Sequence record: DRR723986_4068
Direction: 5' to 3' (one strand)
Length of the DNA stretch: 36,557 bases
Shown: positions 26,183 through 36,557 of the stretch, piece by piece
Numbering within the stretch: position 1 is the first letter of the stretch
Layout of the letters: each line of letters starts with the position of its first letter
Program-made: the position numbers and the translations under genes
Notes under the pieces: generated by a model
The model's input: only the letters and a program-made list of their open reading frames with translations
Told to the model about the DNA's origin: nothing
Database searches by the model: none

Positions 26183-27801
26183 GATGCTGTGGCATTCGCA
26201 ATGTCTTTGGCAGCCTGCTTCCGTAGAGCAACCTTGTCGACTTTTCCGATGGGAAGCAGCGGCAGTTCGCGAACCAGGAAGAAGCGCTTCGGGATCTTGT
26301 AGTTCGCGAGATTCTCGCGGCAGTGCGCTTCAAGTGCTTCCACGGTGAGATCATCGTTCACCAGTACATAGGCGATCCCGACTTCCTGCCAGACCGGATC
26401 GCTGATGCCGATCACCGCTGCAATGTCGACCTTTGGATGGCTTTCGATCACATTTTCCACTTCGCGGGGGTAAACATTGTAGCCGCCGGATTTGTACATT
26501 TCTTTCGAGCGACCCACGATGGTGTAGGTGCCATCGGGGTTGCGTTGGCCGAGGTCTCCGGTTGCAAGCCAGCCTTCCGTGTTCAGGGTTTCGGCTGTCG
26601 CTTCCGGCCGGTTCCAATAGCCGAGCATGTTATAGGCAGACCGTGCCTGGATTTCTCCGGTGACACTCGTTTCTGCAATCACATTGTCGCCGTCAGCGAG
26701 GCGGACCTGAACGCCCGGCATTGGCCAGCCTACAGTTCCGGACAGGACCTTGCGATCTTGTGTAGGCGGCACGACTGTCATCGCACCACAGCTTTCCGTC
26801 ATGCCATAATTGGTGGCCAGTGGCGCACCATGCTGCAGCAAGCGATCCAGCATGTCCGCCGGCATCGCGGCACCTTCCCAGACGATCAGTTTGACAGCGG
26901 AAAGATCGGTTTCAGCGAAACTCGCATCTGCGTACTGGAGCTGGAAGACGCTTGGTACGGAGGCCCAGAGCGTAATCTGTTCCTGTTCCATGAGTTGCAG
27001 AGATTTACTGGGTGAGAAGTTCTCCAGAAACACAATGGTCCCGCCAGCAACCAGGGTTGGCGAGGAAACATCGACCACACAACCAATATGGTTCACTGGA
27101 AAATAGTTCAGCGTACGCAAGGGGATGACGGGCCAGATGCGATTCTGCTCCAGGCTGAACTCGACAATGCCCTGATGGTGCAGCAGGGCCCCTTTCGGGC
27201 GGCCTGTTGAACCGGATGTATAGACGATCATGCAGGGATCCCGCCCGCCGCATGCGAAGCGCGCCGATGCGAGGTCGGTATCTGAAACGCCTGCGCCCTC
27301 GGTCAGGAAGGTTTCGAGACCAATTCCGCCTACGGGAAGGCTGCCGGATTGCTCATCAAGCACGACCGTCTGCCGGATGGAGGGCGTGCTTTTCGCTAGG
27401 GCTTCCAGTTCCGGGGTGTAATCCCGCCCTTCAATTTTTGACCGCGCGAGCAGTAGCACTGGTTGGCTGTCGTCGGCCACGTAGGTAAGTTCATTCAATT
27501 GGTAGCGCGGGTTGAGCCCGACCCAGATCGCGCCGATGGATGCCGTCGCCAGGAAGCAAATGAAATAATCCGGGCTCGGCGTACAAAGCGTGGCGACCCG
27601 GTCACCCTTTTTGACGCCCGCGCGGAGTAATGCGCGGGCGAGGGCCTCCACCCGGTGGTGGAACTGCCGGTACGTGACGCGCTGGCCTTCCAGCACCATT
27701 GCATCGATATCCGGGGTGAGCTCGGCATAGTGACCGACAAAGTCGCTGATCCGGGGGAAGGCGGGCGGCAGTGTGATGTCTGCGGGGGCGGGAAGGGACA
27801 T
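26179..27801 (-). CDS. Acyl-CoA synthetase (AMP-forming, class I adenylate-forming enzyme)
   Basis: YTSGSTGRPKG, YGMTE, GYWNRPEAT, GWLATGDLG, GRSKEMYKSGG.NVYPREVE, LPIGKVDK. Confidence 0.95.
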   Translation of the reverse strand: MSLPAPADITLPPAFPRISDFVGHYAELTPDIDAMVLEGQRVTYRQFHHRVEALARALLRAGVKKGDRVATLCTPSPDYFICFLATASIGAIWVGLNPRYQLNELTYVADDSQPVLLLARSKIEGRDYTPELEALAKSTPSIRQTVVLDEQSGSLPVGGIGLETFLTEGAGVSDTDLASARFACGGRDPCMIVYTSGSTGRPKGALLHHQGIVEFSLEQNRIWPVIPLRTLNYFPVNHIGCVVDVSSPTLVAGGTIVFLENFSPSKSLQLMEQEQITLWASVPSVFQLQYADASFAETDLSAVKLIVWEGAAMPADMLDRLLQHGAPLATNYGMTESCGAMTVVPPTQDRKVLSGTVGWPMPGVQVRLADGDNVIAETSVTGEIQARSAYNMLGYWNRPEATAETLNTEGWLATGDLGQRNPDGTYTIVGRSKEMYKSGGYNVYPREVENVIESHPKVDIAAVIGISDPVWQEVGIAYVLVNDDLTVEALEAHCRENLANYKIPKRFFLVRELPLLPIGKVDKVALRKQAAKDIANATAS

Positions 27802-27851
27802 GGCAGTATGCTCGGTTCGTCTCGAAAATCAGGGCAGGGTGCAGAAAGCGC

Positions 27852-28337
27852 TTATTTGTTGATCCAGATCGCAAGCCATTCACCGATCAGGGCGGGGCGT
27901 TTCTCGCCTTCGATCTCGATGTGGCATTCGAACTTCACCATCTGACGATCTTTTTCATCGGTGTAGTTTTCCAGCGTCTTGAAATGCCCGCGCACCCGGC
28001 TGTCCACGGGAATAGGGGACACCAGCCGCATCCGGTCGAAGCCATAATTCAGAAAATAGCCAACGTCCGCATGATCGCGATCATTCGAGTCGCCCATGGC
28101 CGAATGCAGCAGATGGGTCAGCAGCGACATGGTCAGAAAGCCAAATGCGATTGTGCGGCCGAACGCGCTGTTTTCAGTAGCCCATTCCGGATCGACATGC
28201 ATTGGATCGGGATCAAGTGTGATATCACCGAAGCCGGAGATCATTGGCTGATCAACCGTCACCCATTCCGAGGTGCCGACATTTTCTCCTGGGCGGAACA
28301 TCGCAAAATCGACGAGACCGGCTTGATTATCACTCAT
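27852..28337 (-). CDS. MaoC-family (hot-dog fold) dehydratase
   Basis: GTSEWVTVDQ..I..FGDITLDPDPMHVDPE.A..SAFGRTIAFGFLTMSL, NYGFDRMRLVSP. Start is 28337 or 28352. Confidence 0.9.
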   Translation of the reverse strand: MSDNQAGLVDFAMFRPGENVGTSEWVTVDQPMISGFGDITLDPDPMHVDPEWATENSAFGRTIAFGFLTMSLLTHLLHSAMGDSNDRDHADVGYFLNYGFDRMRLVSPIPVDSRVRGHFKTLENYTDEKDRQMVKFECHIEIEGEKRPALIGEWLAIWINK

Positions 28338-28358
28338 TGTATTGTGCCCCATTTTCTG

Positions 28359-28400
28359 TTGACAAAAATGAGTATGGCCTCATTTTCATTTTTAAGTCAA
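28359..28400. promoter_or_regulatory. Overlapping opposed sigma70-like promoters with a central operator palindrome (copy 2)
   Basis: Plus strand TTGACA at 28359. Minus strand TTGACT-18nt-CATACT from 28400. Palindrome AAAATGAG-N6-CTCATTTT at 28365-28386. Confidence 0.72.
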
Positions 28401-28449
28401 CCGGACTATCGCGCAATCGCGACATTCGGGCGGGACAAAGGGAGGCGAG

Positions 28450-29799
28450 ATGACCGGAGCGCATGGAATGGGGCCGACACCACGCAGGATTCTTCTTTCC
28501 TACAGTATGGGATCAATCGGGACCGGTCTCTATCTAACTGTTCCAAGCATTCTGCTTCTTTATTACCTGACACAAATTCTGGGCATTTCGCCGGCGCTGG
28601 CCGGGTTGGCGGTATTCCTTCCGAGAATCTGGGACGTTGTGACGGATCCGGTCATGGGCTGGGTGTCCGACCGCACCCGGTCCCGGCTTGGCCGCCGGCG
28701 TCCATACCTGCTGATCGGTGCGATCCTGACTTCCCTGACATTCGGCTTCCTGTTCAGCGCGCCGGTGTTTCCGAGCCAGGCTATGAGTTTCATCTATGTT
28801 CTGGTGATTTATGTACTGAGCGCCACAGCTTACACGGTCTATGCCGTGCCGTACCTGTCCATGCCGGCTGAAATGAGTACCGACAGCTCTGAACGGTCCC
28901 GCATCATGAGTTATCGCATGACATTCGCGATGGTTGGGGTGCTTGCCGGTTCAGCACTGGCCCCGGCACTTCTGGAATTCTATGGCGGGGGACGCGGCGG
29001 TTTCGCAGCGATGTCCTGGACGATTGGCGCCATCTGCGCGGCGACGATGCTGTTGGCATTCTTCGGAACGGCGCGATCGCCCGATGTGTCTGCTCCGACC
29101 AAGGACGACCACAGCCGGGGCAAATTGTCCGATCTGCGCAAGGATCCGGACTTCCTGGCGCTTGCGCTGGCCTATATTGCCCAGCTCGCCGGTTTTGGCG
29201 TGTTTATGGGGGCAACGCCCTATTATGTGACAGACGTCACCGGCCAGAGCGAAGGCGTCATTTCCGAGATGTTCCTGTCGCTTATGGGCGGGACGGTCAT
29301 GTCGCTCTTTGCCTGGAATATTCTCGCAATGAAGATGGGCAAGGCGCGAGCATACTTCCTTGCCGGGGTCATCGTTGCGATAGGGTTCGCGTTCTTCTGG
29401 CTGACAGCGCTGGATGGGAAAAAGGCGGTCACGCTGGCGGCGACGCTGATCATCGGCATCGGCTTTGGCGGCTTGCAACTCCTGCCATTTGCCATGCTGA
29501 CCGACGTCATTCATGCAGCCCGCCTGCGCGGACGGGACTCTGCCGGCGTCTATACAGGTGCCTGGACGGCCGTCGAAAAGGGTGGCCTGGCGCTGGGGCC
29601 GTTGATCGTCGGCGGCGTACTGAGCCTCGGTGGATATGTTTCCGCCTCGGAAACGCAGGGTGGTGACACCGTGGCTGCTATCCGAGCCGCCATGACACTG
29701 GTTCCGGCCGTATTTGTACTGATCAGTATTCCGATCATGTTCCGGTGCAATCCGGCGCATGTTTCAGGTGAAATTGGAATAGAAGCACTAAGTCCGTGA
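28450..29799 (+). CDS. MFS transporter, glycoside-pentoside-hexuronide (GPH/MelB-like) family
   Basis: RIWDVVTDPVMGWVSDRTRSRLGRRRPYLL, VPYLSMPAEMSTD..ERSRI, AMLTDVI, G.YTG.W..VEK.GLALG. Confidence 0.92.
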   Translation: MTGAHGMGPTPRRILLSYSMGSIGTGLYLTVPSILLLYYLTQILGISPALAGLAVFLPRIWDVVTDPVMGWVSDRTRSRLGRRRPYLLIGAILTSLTFGFLFSAPVFPSQAMSFIYVLVIYVLSATAYTVYAVPYLSMPAEMSTDSSERSRIMSYRMTFAMVGVLAGSALAPALLEFYGGGRGGFAAMSWTIGAICAATMLLAFFGTARSPDVSAPTKDDHSRGKLSDLRKDPDFLALALAYIAQLAGFGVFMGATPYYVTDVTGQSEGVISEMFLSLMGGTVMSLFAWNILAMKMGKARAYFLAGVIVAIGFAFFWLTALDGKKAVTLAATLIIGIGFGGLQLLPFAMLTDVIHAARLRGRDSAGVYTGAWTAVEKGGLALGPLIVGGVLSLGGYVSASETQGGDTVAAIRAAMTLVPAVFVLISIPIMFRCNPAHVSGEIGIEALSP

Positions 29800-30597
29800 T
29801 GCGGACAGCTCGATCATTTCGGTGGTCATCTGTTCCTGCCGGGCCTGCTGGTAGGCCTGTTCGACTTCCGTGCGGCGGGTGCGGAGATTGTTCTGGGCTC
29901 TCGCCATGGCTTCCACGCGCGCGCGGGCCTCGGTCTCCGCGCCCTGCATCATCACGTGCGCGACGCCGGCGAACAGGGCTTCCTGGAGCAGGCCGGTCAA
30001 AAGATCGGTCTCAGGCAAGGTCATCAGCGGCGCAATCTGTGACGTCACCCCTTCGGGTGGCTCCGGAGGGAAGAGACGCGAGAGTTTGGCGGCATGGCTG
30101 CCATGGGGAGACCCGGTCAGGGCACGGATCGGGCCGGGATAGTGGGGCGAATGCTCCACCAGGACATCGGTCGTGCGGCTGGCGAGCGCGGGAATGGCAG
30201 CGGGATGACCCGGCAAATCGGCGGACCACAAGATCGGCGCATGGGCGGCATGCAGCATGTCAGCCGTCCGGTTCCCGATCACCACGAGACCCGTTCCGGG
30301 CTCGATTGCGGATTGCGCCACTTCGCCAATGTGTTCCGGATAGGCACCGCAAAAGCCCTGCGCAGCACCGACAACAAGCAACAGGCCGGGCCCCTCCGGT
30401 TCCGAATGCGGCGCTGAGGCTGCGATGGAGATTGCCAGCGCGTGCCTCACCGTCCCCGCATAGGCTGCAATCGCCTGCATGGCGATTTCAGCGGAGCTCG
30501 CATGACTGGAAGCAATTGCGCGGAGCGCCCCGACAACGTCGCCAATTTCGTCGAGGCTTTTCAGGCGGTGCTGGATCTCTTCCGGGCGCTGGCTCAT
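29788..30597 (-). CDS. atpG: N-type ATPase gamma subunit
   Basis: [48 protein letters not shown]. Last gene of the operon. Confidence 0.92.
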   Translation of the reverse strand: MSQRPEEIQHRLKSLDEIGDVVGALRAIASSHASSAEIAMQAIAAYAGTVRHALAISIAASAPHSEPEGPGLLLVVGAAQGFCGAYPEHIGEVAQSAIEPGTGLVVIGNRTADMLHAAHAPILWSADLPGHPAAIPALASRTTDVLVEHSPHYPGPIRALTGSPHGSHAAKLSRLFPPEPPEGVTSQIAPLMTLPETDLLTGLLQEALFAGVAHVMMQGAETEARARVEAMARAQNNLRTRRTEVEQAYQQARQEQMTTEMIELSASRT

Positions 30598-32093
30598 GAC
30601 TGATTCAATGCGGTGTGCACGGCCTCCAGCAAGGCTGACTTTTTCGCCTCGTCCAGCTTGTTTGTCTTCACGTCCGCTTCTGACAAATTGGAATCCGTGG
30701 CCAGGAGTGATGGCAGTCTTGCCTTCAGGGCGGAAACGCTTTTCAGGTCCACATCATCTAGAATGCCCTCGCTCAGAGCATTGAGCAGTGTAACCTGAGT
30801 CATCAGGTCCAGTGGGGCAAGACGTGGCTGGCCAAGCAGGGCGGCAATACGCTCCCCTCGCTTCATTCGCGATGCCATGGCCTCGTCGCCAAACCCTCCG
30901 AAACGCGAGAACATCTTCATTTCCAGATATTGTGCGTAATCGAGTCTCAACCGCCCGGCGACGGACTTCATCGTTCCCCATTGGGCTTTGCCGCCAACCC
31001 GGCTGACCGACAGGCCAATGTCGATGGCAGGACGCTGGTTTGCGGCAAAGAGCGATTGCGACGTGACGATCTGGCCGTCCGAAATTGATATGAGGTTGGT
31101 CGGAATATAGGCCGAAAGGTTTCCGGCCTCGATTTCAGCGATCGGCAATGCGGTCAGTGAGCCGCCCCCGCGGGCCTTCGACAGTTTGGCCGCGCGTTCG
31201 AGCAGGCGGGCGTGCAGATAGAAGATGTCGCCTGGATAGGCTTCGCGGCCGGGCGGCTGCCGCGACAGCAGCGCGAGTTCGCGGTGGGTTGCGGCATGTT
31301 TGGTCAGGTCGTCGTAGACGATCAACACATGCTGTCCCCGGTCGCGGAACCATTCTGCAATGGATGTCGCGGAGAACGGTGCCAGCCATTGCAGTCCGGG
31401 TTCTGCGGAGGCTTCGGCGACGATGAAAATCGTCTGCTCCATTCGCCCATGTTCGCGAACCGCATCGATGACATGGCGGACCGCGGATGTGCGCTGACCG
31501 ATGGCAACATAGATCGAGATGATGTCGCTGTTGGCCTGATTGATGATTGTATCGACGGCGATGGACGTCTTTCCGGTCTGGCGTTCGCCGATGATCAATT
31601 CGCGTTGCCCCCGACCCAGCGCGAACAGGGCGTCGACAACAAGCAAGCCGGTTTCGATGGGTTCAGAAACGAAATCCCGTTCGATAATCGCAGGTGCCGG
31701 ACGCTCCACGGGCAGTCTTTCGCTGCCTTCAGGCATCGCTCCGTTGTCCAGAGGGCGCCCCAGAGGGTCCAGCACTCTTCCGAACAGATGCTCCCCGACG
31801 GGCACGGAGACAAGTTCGCCCGAACGGGTGACATGGGTGCCGGCGGAAACATCGTCAGAAGGGTCGAGGCAGGCGACGTTTAAATGGTCTTCCTCGAGTG
31901 TCATGACGAAGCCGCGCGCGCCATTGGAGAAGGTCACGATTTCATTGAGTTCTGCGCCCGGCAGCCCATCGACCATTGCCAGCCCGTCGGCGATGGCGAT
32001 GACCTTGCCGCGTTCCTCGGCTTCGGCGCCAAGCTGCACACCGGCGATCCGCGCCTTCAACGGGTCCAGTTCGGGATCAGTCCTGTCGGTCAT
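30594..32093 (-). CDS. atpA: N-type ATPase alpha subunit
   Basis: [65 protein letters not shown]. Confidence 0.97.
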   Translation of the reverse strand: MTDRTDPELDPLKARIAGVQLGAEAEERGKVIAIADGLAMVDGLPGAELNEIVTFSNGARGFVMTLEEDHLNVACLDPSDDVSAGTHVTRSGELVSVPVGEHLFGRVLDPLGRPLDNGAMPEGSERLPVERPAPAIIERDFVSEPIETGLLVVDALFALGRGQRELIIGERQTGKTSIAVDTIINQANSDIISIYVAIGQRTSAVRHVIDAVREHGRMEQTIFIVAEASAEPGLQWLAPFSATSIAEWFRDRGQHVLIVYDDLTKHAATHRELALLSRQPPGREAYPGDIFYLHARLLERAAKLSKARGGGSLTALPIAEIEAGNLSAYIPTNLISISDGQIVTSQSLFAANQRPAIDIGLSVSRVGGKAQWGTMKSVAGRLRLDYAQYLEMKMFSRFGGFGDEAMASRMKRGERIAALLGQPRLAPLDLMTQVTLLNALSEGILDDVDLKSVSALKARLPSLLATDSNLSEADVKTNKLDEAKKSALLEAVHTALNQS

Positions 32094-32802
32094 CGCGCAT
32101 CGCTTCAGAAATCTGGTCCAGGTCGTGGGCGAGCGAATTCCGGATTGCGCCGCTGTCCGAAACCAGTTCGAGGCCGGAAATCAGCTCAGGCGTGACGGAA
32201 ACATCCGGGTCAATGTCGAACGGCGCCAAAGCGGACATCAGAATGGACTGGTCGCTTTCGGAGAGCGGCGTCGCGCTAAGCAGCTTCAGGTGCCCGCCTT
32301 TCAGCAGGGCTGTCCGTTCTGCGGATGACATTTTCTGGAGCGATGCCACCAGCCGGCTGACATAGCCTGCGAGGTCCTGTGGCTGCGCTGTCAGGGCCCT
32401 TTGGGCAATCACCGCAGCGAGGTCTCGCGCGCGTGCGAGTTCCTGTGCCTTGCTGTCGCGGGCATTGCGCGCGTGCGTGGCTTTTCCTTCGGCGATGATC
32501 TTGTCGGCCTCTGCATGAGCTTTCTCCAGCAGGGCTTTGCGCTGTGCTTCGGCATCCTTGCGGGCTTGCGCAAGGACATCCTGACGGGCCGCCGCGGTTG
32601 CGTCTGCCTCGGCGAGGGCCTTGTGCGTGGCGGCTTCGGCGTCGCGCTTTGCGGATTCTGAAGCGGTCAGCGCCGCGTTCGTCTCCGCCTGCCGGTGTGC
32701 AATAATATCCGCAACCGGACGGAACAGGAAATACCTCAGAATCGCCAGAAGCAGCAGGACATTGACGGTCTGGAAACCGAAGGTGACCCAGTCAAAACTC
32801 AT
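32077..32802 (-). CDS. atpF: N-type ATPase b subunit with delta-like C-terminal extension
   Basis: [26 protein letters not shown] membrane anchor, Ala-rich coiled coil, C-terminal PELISGLEL. Confidence 0.92.
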   Translation of the reverse strand: MSFDWVTFGFQTVNVLLLLAILRYFLFRPVADIIAHRQAETNAALTASESAKRDAEAATHKALAEADATAAARQDVLAQARKDAEAQRKALLEKAHAEADKIIAEGKATHARNARDSKAQELARARDLAAVIAQRALTAQPQDLAGYVSRLVASLQKMSSAERTALLKGGHLKLLSATPLSESDQSILMSALAPFDIDPDVSVTPELISGLELVSDSGAIRNSLAHDLDQISEAMRDDRQD

Positions 32803-33047
32803 TGCGTGAAGGGATTAGCGAAAAGCAGCAGGAGAGAGACGACGAGGCAGTAAATCGCTGTGGTTTCGATCATTGCGAGCCCGACGAACAGGGTTCGTGA
32901 GATCGTCCCGGCAGATTCCGGCTGGCGGGCAATTGCCTCCAGTGCGGCGGCGACAGCACGTCCCTCCGCCAGCGCCGGGGCGACTGAACCAAGGCACACC
33001 GCAAGCGTCGCACATATGATACTGGCGATCTCGACATATTCAGTCAT
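32799..33047 (-). CDS. atpE: N-type ATPase c subunit
   Basis: PALAEG, IARQPE loop, [19 protein letters not shown]. Confidence 0.97.
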   Translation of the reverse strand: MTEYVEIASIICATLAVCLGSVAPALAEGRAVAAALEAIARQPESAGTISRTLFVGLAMIETTAIYCLVVSLLLLFANPFTQ

Positions 33048-33744
33048 GGGTCAGCTCCTTCTGCTGTTTAGTCTTGTCTGTACCTGCTTCGCTGACCGCT
33101 GAACCGACGAAGACCAGCGCCAGGGTGGCGAAGATATAGGCCTGTACCGCCCCGGTCAGCATCTCCAGCGCCATCAACGGGATTGGCACAAGCAGGCCGG
33201 CGAGGGACAAGACGATGCTGATCACGAACACGCCGCTCATGACATTGCCGAACAGGCGGATCATCAGCGAGAAATGCCGTGTGACCTGTCCGATCACATT
33301 GAGCGGCAACATCAGCCAGCTGGGTCGGACAAAGCTTGCAAGCCAGCCACCGATCCCTTGCGACCGGATGCCCCAGTAAATCGAGGCGAAAAACACAATG
33401 GCCGCCAGCGCGGCATCTGTTTCGAGATGTGCGGTTGGGGGCTCAACCCCGGGGACAAGCGAAGTCCAGTTGGCCGCCAGGATAAAGATCAGGAGCGTCC
33501 CGATCAGCGGTCGGAAGCGGGCAGGGTCGCCCTCCACGGTCGCGCGGATCTCGCTGTCGAGCGTGCTGACGATCAGTTCCAGCACGGCCTGCGCCCGTCC
33601 GGGCTTCAGCCTCAGACGGCGGGTCATCAGGAAGGAGGCGGCCGTGAGGACCGCCATGATGCCCCAGGTCACGACCACCGGCCACGTAACGGCGAGCGGG
33701 CCGAGCATGAAGGCCGTCTCGACATTGAACGGAGACGCGTTCAT
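33040..33744 (-). CDS. atpB: N-type ATPase a subunit
   Basis: [19 protein letters not shown] (essential Arg), [12 protein letters not shown]. Start ATG 33744 overlaps the atpR stop (ATGA). Confidence 0.95.
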   Translation of the reverse strand: MNASPFNVETAFMLGPLAVTWPVVVTWGIMAVLTAASFLMTRRLRLKPGRAQAVLELIVSTLDSEIRATVEGDPARFRPLIGTLLIFILAANWTSLVPGVEPPTAHLETDAALAAIVFFASIYWGIRSQGIGGWLASFVRPSWLMLPLNVIGQVTRHFSLMIRLFGNVMSGVFVISIVLSLAGLLVPIPLMALEMLTGAVQAYIFATLALVFVGSAVSEAGTDKTKQQKELTHD

Positions 33745-34010
33745 CGCCTGGCTCCCCTCATGACGATCATCCGGCCGACCAGCACACCGGCTGCCCCGGT
33801 CAGCAGCACCAGCGCGCCAGCTTGCGCGAACAGCCACAGCACGCCGATCAGCAGCACGATCCGGCCAAGCTGCAGTCCGATGGCGGAAAGGCGGCCTGCG
33901 ACGATCATTTCCGCAATCCGTTCGAGACTGTAGAAATGCAGCCAGCCGACCCCGATCCCGGCCAGTCCGGCCAGCAGGGCGAGTATGGTTGTGCCCGCGT
34001 CCGGCATCAT
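33741..34010 (-). CDS. atpR: N-ATPase-specific membrane subunit AtpR
   Basis: 89-aa hydrophobic protein (G.LHFYSL..GRIVLL..G.LVGR) lying between atpQ and atpB. Start 34010 overlaps the atpQ stop. Confidence 0.85.
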   Translation of the reverse strand: MMPDAGTTILALLAGLAGIGVGWLHFYSLERIAEMIVAGRLSAIGLQLGRIVLLIGVLWLFAQAGALVLLTGAAGVLVGRMIVMRGARR

Positions 34011-34278
34011 TGCTCCTCTATCCAGCGCCACGCCAGCACGAAGCCGAGAGCCGCTCCAGCCATCAACAGGGCGGCCGCCATGGTGATGCCCGTGTGCAGC
34101 CACTTGTCCAGCCAGTGCCCGATGAACAGCCCGATCAGGATAGGGACAATGATGATCCATCCAAGTGCGCCGATAGTCGCGAACCGTCGGGCGAGAGACG
34201 GTTCGGGGTCCGCTTTGCCGGCCTTGTCCAGCGCGTCGGCGCGGCGGGCGGCTTCTTCGGTGCGGTCGCTCTCGTTAC

Positions 34279-34282
<4 letters not shown>
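34007..34282 (-). CDS. atpQ: AtpZ/AtpI-like protein (AtpQ of N-ATPases)
   Basis: IGALGWIIIVPILIGLFIGHWLD..GAALG..AWRW, two TM helices, canonical position in the operon. Confidence 0.9.

Positions 34283-36557
<2,275 letters not shown>

Overview
GC-rich alphaproteobacterial accessory region. A Hyphomonadaceae-like host is my inference from gene style and content. Left to right it holds: (1) a redox pair, made of a window-truncated thioredoxin-fold fusion protein and a UGSC-type selenoprotein that the ORF track splits at an in-frame TGA (1811-1813), with a SECIS-like hairpin right after it; (2) an IS3 remnant and a CYP153-like P450 with no adjacent redox partners; (3) a hydrolase-phosphoribosyltransferase fusion, an erythromycin-esterase-family gene and a small membrane protein; (4) a TonB-dependent receptor plus PhoD, with a candidate Pho box; (5) a ~2 kb zone of decayed genes (IS6, BKACE and TetR fragments); (6) a ~15.5 kb catabolic island with two TonB receptors, a CocE/NonD hydrolase, an alpha/beta hydrolase, two MFS transporters, AraC, TetR, an acyl-CoA ligase, a crotonase and MaoC, linked by a shared palindromic operator; (7) a complete N-type ATPase operon (atpD-C-Q-R-B-E-F-A-G) whose c subunit keeps the Na+-binding signature; (8) a truncated hypothetical gene at the right edge. 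All family calls come from motifs I recognise; no database search was run.
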